Below, piece after piece: positions 49,079 to 62,369 of a stretch of 64,000 nt of DNA (the stretch's first letter is position 1; each line of letters begins with the position of its first letter). The DNA lies in the NCBI RefSeq assembly GCF_963921235.1, contig NC_086108.1, positions 21,700,001-21,764,000 on the forward strand, written 5' to 3'. A model generated the notes under the pieces. That model was not told the DNA's origin. It did no database searches and saw only the letters and a program-made list of their open reading frames with translations. The stretch is from Mobula hypostoma (lineage: Eukaryota). A program made the translations under genes and the position numbers.

Positions 49079-50218
49079 CAGGGGTCCCCAACCTTTTTCG
49101 CACTGCAGACCGGTTTCATATTGACAATATTCTTGCGGACCAGCCGACCGGGGGTGGGTAGGGTTGCCAACGGACGAGAGTAGCAGTCAAATACGCTGGG
49201 TTTACCCCTAGAAAGACTACAATAACCATGAAGCCTTGCGCGGGCACCAGCGCGCATGCGTGTCTGGTTTTTTCTACAAATCGTTTTTGGCGATTCTGTT
49301 GGGGGGGTCTTAATCACGACCAAAATATTGGTAATAAGTGGCTAATACACTCAATTTCCTTTCTAAAAGGGTTTATCTAACGAATTTATTAAACACACAG
49401 CGCATATTTTCCTCGCATGAATATAGTGATAAGTCAATTGTCAGGGGAGCTTGAGGTAAGTTTTGAACGAACTTCCAGTAGAAGTGGTAGAGGCAGGTTC
49501 GATATTATCATTTAAAGAAAAATTGAATAGCTACATGAACAGGAAAGAAATGGTGGGTTATAGGCTGAGTGCAGGTCGGTGGGACTAGGTGAGAGTAGCG
49601 TTCGGCACGGACTAGAAGGGCCCATATGGCCTGTTTCCATGCTGTAATTGTTAAATGGTTATATAAGTCAATAGCATCATAACATTTTAAGTAACGTTTG
49701 GATATTAAACACGCAGCGCATATTTTCCCGGTATGAACATATAAAATCATTGCAACACACCAAATATCGCTGAATCAGTGGGAGCCCTGGGCTTGTTTCC
49801 CTGCAACAAGACGGTCCTATCGAGGGGTGACGGGAGACAGCGATACCCGAAGGAGGTTCCTTATGTCCAGTCCACTCCACAATTTAGTTTTCGTTGCATT
49901 CATTGCAGAGATATGTTGGAAATGGAAGCAACGTTTTCAGTGCTTTCGTGGCTATCTCAGGATATTTAGCCTTGACTTTGATCCAGAATGCCGGCAGAGA
50001 TGTTATATCAAACAGACTTTCCAGCGCGCCGTCATTTGCAAGCTTGAAGAGTTGATCTCCTTCCCGCGCTGACATGGATGACGCGCGGGTAATGACCTCG
50101 CATGCGTGATTGCTCAACAGTGGGTGTGACAGGGAATGAGGAAAGGTGCAGCTGACTCCTATCGCCAAATCATATCGCTTCCTCACATGCTTTGCGGCCC
50201 GGTGGTTGGGGACCGCTG
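49079..50218 (-). mobile_element. Complete hAT-Charlie-like non-autonomous transposon
   Basis: TIRs caggggtccccaacc / ggttggggaccgctg, 8-bp TSD ctctactc/ccctactc, and a hAT dimerisation remnant. Confidence 0.9.
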
Positions 50219-51033
50219 CCCTACTCAATCCCCTGACCAATGAAGTCAATGTGTGGCCAATTTCAGGGAGCTCAAGACTTGGACCCAGGATCTCAATGGA
50301 TAGCTAAGTGATCTCATGACCAGTAAAACAGATTGCCTGCAGGGATGGGGTTCATGGAAATTCATAGGGTACTACAGCAGAGAAACAGGCCATTCTGCGC
50401 ACTGTGTTGATGCCGACCACTGTACTTGTCAGTATACAGTACCTGCATTTAGACCAAAGCCTCATATGTTCTGGAGATTCAGGTGATCTTGCCCAGATGC
50501 ATCCAAAATGTTGTGAGAGTACCTGCCTCTGCCTCCCCCTCTGGCAACACATTCCAGGTTCCATTCGCTATGAGTGAAAAGTTTCCCTCTAGATTTCCTC
50601 TACACTTCCTAATTCTGACCTTACATCCACACATTCTCTTGTTTCCACCAAGGGAAAAAGGTTGTTACTGTCCACCCTCTGTATCTCCCTCATCATGTCG
50701 TTCTCCAGCCTCCAGTTCTTCAGAGAAAACAAACCCAGCCCATCTAATCTTTTCATATAATCAAAATGCTCCAGCCCTAGGAACATTCTGGTGAACCTCT
50801 TCTGCTCTCCCTTCAGTACAATCACCGATAGTATGGCAACCAGAACTGCACACAAGTATTTGAGGTGTTTTATAAACACGATGCCTCTGTTCTTAATTCT
50901 ATGCAACAGCAAATGAAGGCAAGCATTGTGCATGCCTTCTTCACCACATTTTGTGCTGCACTGCCAGGTCACAATGGAATTGCATCCCAAGGTTCCCCTA
51001 TTCATCAATACTCCCAAGGACCTGCCATTTACT

Positions 51034-51223
51034 GTTGTTGTTGTTGTTCCTTTTCATGCCTTGTGAGTGCATCATTTTTGCCAATTCCTTATCATTTGTC
51101 TTTTTTACAAGGCTGGGTTACTCAGCCAGCACAGATGGAAAGTGTGCATGGAGCCAGCCGGATTTGAACCCGGGACCATTCACCTCGAAATCCGGTGCTG
51201 ATGCCACTACACCACCGGCCGGC
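51034..51223 (-). mobile_element. tRNA-derived SINE with (CAA)n tail
   Basis: Head gccggccggtggtgtagtggcatc...gggttcaaatcc (A and B boxes), (caa)n tail, and flanking atttact duplication. Confidence 0.8.
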
Positions 51224-52109
51224 TACTATTTACTATAGATGTCTTTTATCTTCCAAACTGCATTACTTCACAGTTGGCTGTATTGAATTCTATCTTCTGT
51301 TGCTCCACCCAACCTTCTAACAGATCAATATTCTGGGAAAAGTCTAAGACAATCTTCCTTGCTATCTGCAATACCACAAATCCTCTTGTCATCTTAAAAT
51401 TGATCTATCATAACTGGTAAATTCACATGTAAGTTGTTAACGTATATCATAAATGTCAAAGATCCTAGCACTGATCTTTGTGATATATTCCAGTCAGAAA
51501 AGGCATCTTCAACCACCACCCTCTGCCTCCTATTAGTAACAAGGCAATTTTTTTGGAACAAATTTGCCAACTAGCCTGAGCTATAACTTTTTGGGCCAAT
51601 CTATCATGAAGATTTACACTCAGTACAAACTGCACCTCCAATCATACTACACCAGCATCTGTACAACAATCTGGAAAACTATCCAGGTATGTCTTCTGTA
51701 TAAAATTGCAGCAGGTGGTGAGACTAATTCAAATGTGAATGTCAAGCAAGTCTAGTCTGCAAAGTAGACTGTTCTATTTATTATAAATTATTATAAATTA
51801 CTATGATTGCACATTGCACATTTAGAGAGAAGCGTAACATAAAGATTTTTGCTCCTCATGAAGGATGTAAGAAATAAAGCCAGTTCAATTCAATTTAATA
51901 GATAGAGACAAGTTAGGGAACGTGGGAGAAGTATGGCTCCATAACTTTCAAAGTAGAACGTCGCAAGTTAATAGATCTGAGGAAGGCTGATCTCAATAGG
52001 GTAAGAGATGATCTGGATAAAGGGAGCTTCAAGAGCATTTGTCCACTGTATGTGGCCTATCAGCGGCTATAACCAGAACACCAAGCGTGAGTTAGATAGC
52101 AGGGAAGGT

Positions 52110-52704
52110 TCAGGCATAAAAGAGAGACACTGCCTAGTGGAGCAGACATCAAAGGAGTGGTCATCGACAGAGTGATCTGAGACAGAGTGGTAGGGCTTTG
52201 GCAAGGTAAGTGGGTGAGTGGACTTCATTTTTTTTCTTTCCATTTTTTCTTAGCAGAATAAAAAGCATGTCAAGGGTTAGTACTTAGCTCTTGGTGTCAG
52301 ATGTGGGAATTCTGGGAATCTTCCAGTCTCCCAGATGGCCATATCTGCGCCAGTTACACTGAGGTGCAGCGTCTGAGAGACCGTGTTAGGGATCTGGAGC
52401 TGTGGTTTGATGACCTACAGCTTATTAAGGAAAGTGTGCAAGGGACAGATGGGAGCTATAAGGAGTTAGTCACCCCGAGGCTGCAGGAGTTGGATAAGTG
52501 GGTAACTGTCAGGGAAGGGATGGGAAGAGCTCAGATAGTAGAGAGCACCCCTGTGGCCATCCCCCTCAGTAATCGTTATCTTGTTTTGGGTGCTGTTGAG
52601 GGGAGTGACTTGACAGAAGACAACCACGGCGATCAGATCTCTAGCACTGAACCTGATTCTGTGGTGCAGAATGGAGAGAAGAAGATGAGGAATGCGGTAG
52701 TCAT
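52110..52704 (+). mobile_element. CR1 5' UTR and ORF1 remnant
   Basis: CQMWE...HIC...LRDRVRDLEL (zinc finger/leucine zipper), KWVTVR, IPLSNRY and AVVI (start of the esterase GDS motif), cut by an LTR. Confidence 0.8.
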
Positions 52705-53866
52705 TGTTGCAATCAACAGCTGGAACGGACCCAAGTGCAGGACACAGGCATGGAGAGAGGGTTAGGATTCTTACGCGGACTTGAATGTTGACTTAGACAC
52801 CGAGCCAGGACTTGGACTTGACTTGGACACCGAGCCAGGACTTGGATTCGACTGGAACACAGAGCCACAAAACCAAACAACGACAGACAATTCATATCGT
52901 GGCTCAGAGCAGTGGCAAACAGCCTGCAATACTCAGCTGGACACAAGACGACAAAAAACAACAACAGTCCATTCGTATCTCAACTCCACGCAGCATGTGA
53001 AGCAGCAAATGGCTGGCAAAACTCAGCTGGATGGCAGGCTTTCGACTCGACCCAGGAACTGCAGACGGCACGCTCTAGACTGGACCCAGGAACTGCAGAC
53101 AGCAGGCTCTAGACTGGACACAGGGACTGCGGACAACAGGCGCTCGACTCAACCTAGGAACTGCGGATGACAGGCTCTAGACTCAACCCAGGAACTGCGA
53201 ATGGCAGGTTCTCGACTCGACTCATTCTTGGCAGCACTCTATAGCCGCACTGCTGAGGTGACGAACCAGCAGTGAGAAGATGTGAGCTAAAAATTTTATG
53301 CTGCCAGTTCGAATGAGGATCAGGTGCCCTAATCAAGGAGCCCAGTGGAACATGGGGAACAGGAAATTAACTGAAATGAGGAGACAACGGACCAGACTGT
53401 GACAATACCACCCCCCTCAATGGGAGCCTCCAGGCGAACTAACAGGCTTTCCCGGATTATCGACAACCCGGACAGGTGGGGGGGGGGGTTTGGCAGGAGG
53501 GTACTCTAGTTAGCGAGAGTTTGTAAGATAGTGTCTGTGTCCGCTGGGTCCGTGTTTGGCTGGTCCGTTCTGTTGCAATCAACGGCTGGAGTGGACCCAA
53601 GTGCAGGACACAGGCATGGAGAGAGGGTTAGGATTCTTACACTGGCTTGAACGTTGACTTGGACACCGAGCCAGGACTTGGACTTGACTTGGACTCGGAT
53701 CCAGGACTTAGACTTGACTTGGAACATAGAGCCTGGACTTGAACTTGACTGGAACACGGAGCCTGGACTTGGAATTGACCAGAACACGAAGCCTGGACTT
53801 GGACTTGATTGAAGCACAGAGCCTGGACTTGGTCTTGACTGGAACACAGAGCCACAAAACCAAACA
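52705..53866 (-). mobile_element. Miniature sushi-related LTR element (3' LTR 52705-53404, 166-bp interior, partial 5' LTR 53571-53866)
   Basis: Duplicated tgttgcaatcaac..ggacccaagtgcaggacacaggca, PBS region + DPADT gag start, and PPT gaggggggtggt. These are homologous to the ends of 38689-48861. Confidence 0.85.
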
Positions 53867-56800
53867 ATGAATGTCCAAGGATATATGGTGTATCGGAAAG
53901 ATAGGTTAGTAGGCAGAGGGAGTGGTGTGGCCCTGTGTATAAGAAATAATATTAAATCATTAGAAAAGGATGACATAGGATCGGAAGGTGTAGGGTGTCT
54001 ATGGGTTAAGTTAAGAAATGGCAAAGGTAAAAGGACCCTAATGGCAGTTGTATACAGGCCTCCAAACAGCAGCTGGGATGTGGATTACAAATTACAGCAG
54101 GAGATCGAAAAGGCATGTCAGAAGGGCAATGTCATGATAATCGTTGAGGATTTTAACATGAAAGTGGATTGGGATAACCAGCCAAATACTGGACCTCAAG
54201 AGAGAGAATTTTTAGACTGTCTAAGGGATGGCTTTTTAGAACAGTTTGTTGTTGAAGGGATTGGCTGTGTTAGATTGGGTGTTGTGCAATGATCCGGAGG
54301 TGATAAGAGAGCTTAAGGTTAAGGAACCGTTAGGGAACAGTGATCAAAATATGATTGAGTTCACTTTGAAATTTGAGAAGGAGAAACTAAGTTCCAATGT
54401 GTCGGTATTTCAGTGGAATAAAAGAAATTATAATGGCATGAGAGGGGAACTGGCCAAGGTAGACTGGAAAGGTACTAGCAGGAAGGACAACAGAGCAGCA
54501 ATGGCTGGAGTTTCTGCCAAAAATGAAAGTGCAAGACAGATATATTCCAAATAAGAAGAAATTTTCAAATGGAAGGACGCTACCATGGCTGGCAGATGAA
54601 GTCAGAGCCAAAGTAAAAGCAAAAGAGAGGGCATACAAGGAAGCCAAAGCTAGTGGGAAGATAGAGGATTGGGAAGCTTTTAAAAACTTGCAGAAGGAAA
54701 CTAAGAAGGTCATTAGGAAGGAAAAGATGAATTATGGAAGGAAGCTGGTGATTAATATCAAAGAAGATACTAAAAGCCTTTTAAGTATATAAAGGGTAAA
54801 AGAGAGTTGAGGGTAGAGATAGGACCAATAGAAAATGACGCTGGAGATATTGTAAATGAGAAATGTCTAGATGGCAGAGGAACTGAATGCATATTTTGCA
54901 CCAGTTTTCACAGTGGAAGACTTCTGCAGTATACCAGACATTCAAGAGTGACAGGGAAATAGAGTATGTGCTGTGAAAATTATGACTGAGGACGTGCTCA
55001 GGAAGCTTAATGATCTGAGGGTGGATAAATCTCATGGACCTGATGGAATGCACCCTTGTGTTCTGAAGGAAGTAGCTGGAGAGATTGTGGAGGTATTAAC
55101 AATGATCTTTCAAGAATCGATAGATTCTGGCATTGTACTGGATGACTGGAAAATTGCAAATGTTACTCCATTATGTAAGAAGGGTGGGAGGCAGCAGAAA
55201 GGAAACTATAGACCTATTAGCCTGATATCAGTGGTTGGAAAGTTGTTGGAATCGATTGTTAGGGATGAGATTATGGAATACCTGGAGGCATATGACAAGA
55301 TAGGCCAAAGCCAGCATGATTTCCTGAAAAGAAAATCCTGCCTGACAAACCTACTGCAATTTTTTGAAGAAATTACAAGCAGCGTAGACAAAGGAGATGT
55401 AGTAGATGTGGTGTACTTGGATTTTCATAAGGCCTTTGACAAGGTGCCACACATGAGGCTGCTTAGCAAGATAAGAGCCCACGGAATTACAGGAGAGTTA
55501 CTAGCATGGGTGGAGCATTGGCTGATCGGCAGAAAACAGAGAGTGGGAATAAAGGGATCTTATTCTGGCTGGCTGCCGGTTACCAGTAGAGTTCCACAGG
55601 GGTCAGTGTTGGGACCACTGCTTTTACGATATATGTCTAGGATTTGGACTGTGGGATTAATGGATTTGTGGCTAATTTTGATACAAAGATAAGTGGAGGA
55701 ATGGGTAGTGTTGAGGAAACAGAGAGCCTGCGGAGAGACTTGGATAGTTTAGGGGAATGGGCAAAGAAGTGGCAAATGAAATACAATGTTGGAAAGTGTA
55801 TGGTCATGCACTTTGGTGGAAGAAATAAACGGGCAGACTATTATTTAGATGTAGAGATGCAAAGGCACTTGGGAGTCTTTGTGCAGGATACCCTAAAGGT
55901 TAACCTCCAGGTTGAGTTGGTGGTGAAGAAGGTGAATGCAATGTTGGCATTCATTTCTAGAGGTATAGAATATAAGAGCAGGTATGTGATGTTAAGGCTC
56001 TATAAGGCACTTGTGAGCCCACACTTGGAGTATAGTGTGCAGCTTTGGGCTCCTTATTTTAGAAAGGATATATTGACATTGGAGAGGGTTCAGAGAAGAT
56101 TCACGAGAATGATTCCAGGAATGAAAGGGTTACTGTATGAGGAACATCTGGCAGCTCTTGGGCTGTATTCCCTGGAGTTCAGGAGAATGAGGGGGGATCT
56201 CATAGAAACACTCTAAATGTTAAAAGGCCTGAACAGATTATATACGGCTAAGTTATTTCCCATGGTAGGGCAGTCTAGGACAAGAGAACATGACTTCAGG
56301 ATTGAAGGACGTCCATCTAGAGAAATTACTTTGTCACAGTCCAGTCCATGAAGTCTGCATTCCGGTTCACGGTCTGGTCCGTGGATTACGTACTCCGGTT
56401 ATTCCATTTTTCCCTTGTTCCGTTGGGTGCCTTAACTGAGGCTCCTGATTCTCGTTTTGGGCTGGCAACATAAATAGCTCTGGGGTCCAGTGATTCCTTG
56501 CTGAACCATCCTTATCAGTAGCCTTGTCAGTAACCTCGCCAGAATCCTCGCTGGAACGGGTCCATCAAGTTAATCCACCGCAGTGAGTCAAGAACCACTG
56601 TCTGTAGTTCTGGGGCCTAGTCGAGAGCTTGCCGCTACTTGGAGCCACTTCATGCTAAGATAAAAGAACCGTCTATCACTGTGTGGTTTTGTCTCATCGT
56701 GCCATTCGTCTCCGCTGGGTAGGTCCGGCCATTTTCCGCTACCCTGAGGGGGGAACAGTCTCAGTGTTCTGTGCCCTGTGACTAAGAAGAGCCCCAGCTC

Positions 56801-57630
56801 TATGTCCTGTGTCCAAGGAGGAGCCCCGGCTCAGTGTTCTGTGTCCTGTGTCTAAGTCAATTCTGAGCCTAGTCCAAGTCAAGAGTCAAGTTCCGAGTCC
56901 AAGTCAAGAGTCAAGTTCCAAGTCCAAGGTGTGAGCCAAGTTCCAAGTCCAAGGTGTGAGCCAAGTTCCAAGTCTCATTCGAGGGTCAATTTCCAATCCA
57001 AGATGAGAGTCAAGTTCCAAGTCCAAGGCGTGAGCAAGTTCCAAGTCTCAGTCGAGAGTCAAGTTCCAAGTCCAAGTCAAGAGTCAAGTTCCAAGTCCAA
57101 GTCGAGAGTCAAGTCTAAGCCAAGCCCAAGTCAAGTCCAAGCCAAGCCCGAGTCCAGTCCAAGCCAAGTCTAGACCCAGGTACCGAGTCCCTGCCAAGAC
57201 CCAAGTCCCAAGTCATGACCTGAGTTCCCTGTCAAGTTCAAGTCCCAAGTCCAAGTCCAGGTTTTCCGGTTTGTCACACTTCATCTACCTTTGTGTTATC
57301 ATTTTGTCCTGGCTCCTTGGCTTCCCTAGCATTCTTAATAAACATAGTCCAGATCCTAGTACTTCAGTGTCTGTGTCTTGCATTTGGGTCCGCTTCTTTA
57401 GTCAGCGGGTGGTAAATCTGTGGAATTTGTTGCCACGAGAGGCTGTGGAGGCCATCATTGGGTGCATTTAAGGTAGAGATAGATGGGTTCTTGATTAGCC
57501 AGGTCATCAAAGGGTATGGGGAGAAGGCAGGGGAGTGGGGATGACTGGAAGAATTGGATTGAATGGTGGAACAGACTCATTGAGCTGAATGACCTACTTC
57601 TGCTCCTATATCTTATGATCTTATGTCTTA
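53867..57630 (+). mobile_element. CR1 ORF2 (endonuclease-RT) and 3' UTR, decayed, interrupted by a solo LTR
   Basis: RKDR..GRGSGVAL, VYRPPNS, DWKIANVTPL, YLDFHKAFDKVPH and ERVQRRFTRM motifs; (TCTTA)-like tail near 57610-57630. Confidence 0.92.
56332..57395 (+). mobile_element. Solo LTR of the sushi-related family, with an internal (CCAAGT/CAAGT)n array
   Basis: Starts tgtcacagtc like the 53404 LTR end, has TATA-like cataaata and aataaa at 57337, and ends gtgtctgtgtcttgcatttgggtcc. CR1 sequence is continuous across it. Confidence 0.8.
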
Positions 57631-58084
57631 TGGAACAGATGCTGCAGTAAAATTACGTCAGACAAGTGAGAGTCTTTAAAAGGTAATTCATAAGAGTTCA
57701 GGGCTAGCATGATGGCAAGATTAGGGATCCATGTATGGTAAAGGATATTGAACATTTGATCTAAGGTAAGAAGAGACCACATGGGACCTGAAATAGAGTG
57801 AGTCTCCTAAAAAAAATGGAGGCTATAGAAGAAAACTTAAGAAAGAAATTGGGAGGGCAAGAAGAGGACCTGAAATATTCTTGGCAAGTAAGACTTAGGC
57901 ATTCTCTAAGTACATGCTGCCTGGCCTGCTGCGTTTCCTAGAGATGCTGCCTGGCCTGCTGTGTTCACCAGCAATTTTTATGTGTGTAGCCAGGGAAAGA
58001 GTGGGTTTCCTCAGAAATCAGAGGTGTGATGTATGTGTGGAGGCACAAGGGTCAGTCAGTAAGTGTACTCGGGAGTACCAGCTG

Positions 58085-58870
58085 TGTGGTACTGTCATCA
58101 GCTATTCCAGGGACAGATACCAAAAATCTCTGCCAAATCCCCTGAAGTTTCTGCACAGGGTCTGAAAAACATTTTGTCAGGCCCTGGGGATCTATCCACC
58201 CTAATGTGCCTCGACAGCAAACACCTTCTCCTCCGTAGTCTGTATAGCGTCCATAAACTCGATACCCGCTTTACCTCACTTCCATCTCCCAAGTAAATAC
58301 AGATGCAAAAAATTCATTTAAGATTTCCCCCGTCTCTTTTAGTTCCATGCATGGATTACCACTCTGTTTTTCCAGAGGACCAAATTTTGTCCCTTGTAAT
58401 ACTTTTGCTCTTAACATATCTGTAGAATCCCTTAGGATTCTCCCTCACCTTGTCTGCTAGGTCAACCTTATGCCTTCTTTTAGCCCTCCTGATTTCTTTC
58501 TTAAGCATTCTTTTGCATTCCTTATACTCCATAAGCATCTCCTTTGTTCCTACATGCCTATAGTGCTATGCACCTTTTTTTCTTAATCAGGGCCTCAATA
58601 TTTCTTGAAAACCAAGGTTCCCAAAACCTGTTATCTTTACCTTTTATTCTGACAGGCACATACAAGCTTTATACTCTCAAAATTTCACTTTTGAAGGCCT
58701 CCTACTTACCAAGTACACTTTTGCCAGAAAACAGCCTGTCCCAATCCACACTTGCCAGATACTTTCTGATATCATCAAAATTGGCCTTTCTATAATTTAG
58801 AATCTCAACCTGCAGATCAGACCCATCTTTCTGCATATTTACTTTGAAACTAATGGCAATATGATCATAG
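58085..58870 (-). mobile_element. CR1 ORF2 fragment
   Basis: LNYRKANFD, KKEIRRAKRRH...ENPKGFYRY and VDRSPGPD motifs. Confidence 0.85.
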
Positions 58871-59489
58871 CTTCTTGCACTTTGGCTATCATCGCTGTGA
58901 TATTTCCTCAAGGAGCTTTAGCCTTCACCGGTATTTTAGTATGAATTCAATTGCATATGAGGTCTTGGCTGTTGTGTTACCTCCTTGACACTCCAGCTAT
59001 CACTAGTTTATACATTTAAACTATGGTGTATCACCTCTTGGATTTCCTTTTTCATATAGCTCTCAGCCTTGCAAGTGCACTGCAGGGCCGTCAGCTGCTG
59101 TTCAAACATTTGATTACATCTGCAGAAAGGAGGCAAGGCAAATATTAAACACAGAAAATTGTAATGAAGAGCCATGCACGACGTGGAAGATGGTGTGTGA
59201 GAAAGTAAGAGTTAATACTAACTTGCAATTGGATATATACTTGAGAATTTTATGTCAGTAGCTCACCATCAGCAGGTGTAATCTGAATAATGCTGTTCAC
59301 TGCAGTTCAAGAAAAGAATCATGTAACACAGAATGGGTGCGGAAGATGCATTGCTGGTAATGAGCAGCCTCTGTTGAGGAGAGGTTGGGAAAGGTCAGAT
59401 TGTTCTCTCTACAAGGAGAATCAAGATAATGTTGACAGAGAAAAATTACTCCCGCTGGAAGTGGGCCAATTGCGAAAGGCCTTGGATTC

Positions 59490-60147
59490 TTTCCAATATT
59501 TTTATTAATTTATATATAAAAATACAGAGTACAGGAAATATATGTATGTCAATACATTAAACTAAATCGCATATAAAGACTCCTTGCCCTATATTCGTAC
59601 AAATCAATTAGTTTGTAACATTGAGAAATAATAATTTTTTAATTTAAAAAATGTAACCCATTACCAAGACCGAAGCTGATTAATAGAAAAAAAAGAAAAA
59701 AGATCGTTAGTCATCATCTGTGCTTTAACAGCAAATCAAAGGTTTTGAAAATAATTCAGAAAGGGTCCCCACAATGTTTGAAAGTCTTGATTAGATTCAA
59801 AGATCGAACATTGAATCTTCTCTAAATTTAAACATAATGTCACATCACGTAACCATTGGGCGTGAATAGGAGGGGCCACATCTTTCCATTTAAGCAAAAG
59901 TGTCCTTCTGGACTACAACTAGCGGGGTACTGTCTACGCCACCCCGAGCTACCTGCCAGTCTAGTCATCATACGGGAGCCCAAGCACGGGAGGATGAACC
60001 CTGGGCGCCCTCCCAAGACTATGGTCAACACGCTCCTAAAAGACAGCGGCGCAGCTACTTAGATGAACTGAACACACTGATGAGGGAGAGGGAGAAGTGG
60101 AGAGTCTGTCATCGTGCCCAATGCCGGCCCCCTAGGCCTGAGTCGAC

Positions 60148-60200
<53 letters not shown>

Positions 60201-60492
60201 CCTTCTGGCCATAAGAGACATAAAAGCCAAAATGTGCAAATCAGATGGCTCCAAAATAATATCCTTTCCTCCAACAATACCAAATAAAGCAGTCAAAGGA
60301 TCAGGCTTGAAATTTACTTTAAAATGTATTGAAAAGGTTTGAAATACTTCTTTCCAATATTTTCCAAGACTTGGACATGTCCAATACAAGTGAAGCTTCT
60401 CCATTATTACATTTATCACAATACGGAGATATATCCAAATAAAAACGAGACAACTTACCCTTAGTCATATGGGCCCTATGGGCCACTTAAAT
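59490..60492 (-). mobile_element. 5'-truncated L1-clade LINE
   Basis: HLYWTCPSLGKYW, LMARR..LLKWK..P...QW C-terminal motifs, aataaaaa tail. 13-bp TSD aggccttggattc at 59477-59489 and 60493-60505. Confidence 0.85.
59912..60198 (+). mobile_element. RTE/RTE-X 3' fragment with (TAG)n tail, nested in L1
   Basis: LQLAGYCLRHPELPAS...EPKHG...GRP...MREREKWR; 10-bp TSD gtccttctgg at 59902-59911 and 60199-60208. Confidence 0.85.
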
Positions 60493-62369
60493 AGGCCTTG
60501 GATTCAAAATTATTAGTAATATAATTTAAGGGGAGATTAGAAGATTTTTTTTCACAGTTGGAATTGTTGAGATCTGGAAAAATCCTACCTGAAGAGGTAG
60601 TGGAAAATTATTCTTTTAGGTTTTGCCAGAAGCATGGATTGATTCCGTAATGTAAGTTATGTATGTTAAAATTACAGGGGTTGACCAAGAGAAACCTCAT
60701 CCTGTTAAAGCAGAATGACTTTTGCCAATGCTGTATGATTTTATTATTCCAAAAAGTTTTTAATAAATCAACAATCTTGTTTAAACCTCAGACTTTGCTG
60801 AAGTTGCAAGAAAGGACACTCTTATCCACCAGATGGTGATATTGCCTTTTATTGACTCCATCTCTCAACCGGCACCAAATCTAACCACATGATAAGAAAC
60901 AGGAAAGTTAGGATTTTAACAATGTTTGTCATTTTTCTGCCATGTATGAATCAACAAACAGGAATTTTTAAAAAATCTCATGCAAAACCCAAGCTACTGG
61001 CTCATCTGTCTGGCAGTTTCAGTGAAAGGAGCAAAGTCTGGCAAAACAAAATAGAATGCCTTCAACAGCCTCAGCCCTGAACTCTGGACTTCTCTCTTTT
61101 ACAACTTCACACTTGTACACTTCTCTCCTTAAAGAAGCTCATTAAAATCCACCATCTGTCCGAATACATCTCCGTGCAGCACTCTGAGTTGATTTGATAA
61201 CATTCCTGCAGAGTGCCTTGGGATGTTAGAAGCTGTTTATAAATAGAGGTTGCTGTTGTGTGTTCTCGTTACAACATTAGAGTACTTTCAAAAGCTGTGG
61301 GAAGTTTGTTTGCATCGTTAGTTTCAACACAATGTGCTCTTACTTTCATTGGTGATCGCATTTCTTCATAAACAGGCAGCATCATTTTCAAACAGAATTT
61401 GTCTGTAATTAGTTTGCTCCAGTGGTGACCTGGATATTGAGTGAGAAAAAATTAAAAGGGTTCACATTTGTCTGGTGTCTTCAGTGTGTTGGGTTCATTG
61501 AAAAAGCCTTGAAGCCTTTGAACTGTAACTTGAGCAACCTGATTCAGACCGTGGAATTTTTTTGTAAATGAGTGTCTTATTTATGAAAACACAAGAGAGG
61601 ACCCTTCAAAAGTAGTTTTTAATGGAAATATTTTGGGCATCTATATTCATGCCATCTTGAGAGTACGATAGTCTTAATTTTGCAACAATTAAGGAGAAAA
61701 TGTTCATTGAGCATAGTGACTAATGTTAATTGAGTTAATGATAGCAATGCATTTGTTGTTTAGTGCACAGTAATGTATGGACATGTGTCTGATTTTACTT
61801 CTGTGAGTATTTGTATCTATTCATATAATTGGTCCTTTGTGTTCAATAAGTGTCTGTTTTTATATCTTTAGGTGTTTTCTATTTTTGCCTAACTGAATAT
61901 TTTTTGCTGTGTTTATACATGTGTCTATGTCTGAATATGGCTGTGTGTATTTTCATTTGTGTATTGCAAGGGATGGGTGTCAATGGCAAAGGAAACTTTT
62001 ACTACTCATCCAAAATCAAACTGCTGGAGCAACTCAGCAAGTCAACCAGAACCTGTGAATGGTGGGGGGTGGGGGTGGTGGGGGAGGTGGATAGAAAATG
62101 TCAAAGTTTTGAGTGGAGGCCCTGCATCAGGATTTGAGATTCTGGAAGGGGAAGGAAGTTGATATAAAGAGAAGAGAAGGAATGAGACAGGGGTTGAAGG
62201 GAGGACCATGGAGGAGTTGGGAATGATGGGCAGTCTTCATTCTCAACCTCCACACCAATCTCACACCCAAACCAAAGGTCATTTCACCAGCACAATGGAA
62301 AAGCCCATACCTGTTACTCACAATTTCTGAGCTTGTAGGTTCTACTGATTGTCACCACACTATCAGTTA

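Noticed and set aside
51150..51223. Possible tRNA gene
   Set aside because: The A and B boxes are followed by a SINE body, a (CAA)n tail and a flanking duplication. It is a SINE head.
53650..53860. 30-bp repeats resembling a CRISPR array
   Set aside because: The units are directly tandem with no unique spacers, lie inside an LTR, and there are no cas genes in this eukaryotic context.
60059..60419. Poly-Leu / poly-Thr ORFs
   Set aside because: They are translations of the (TAG)n retroposon tail.
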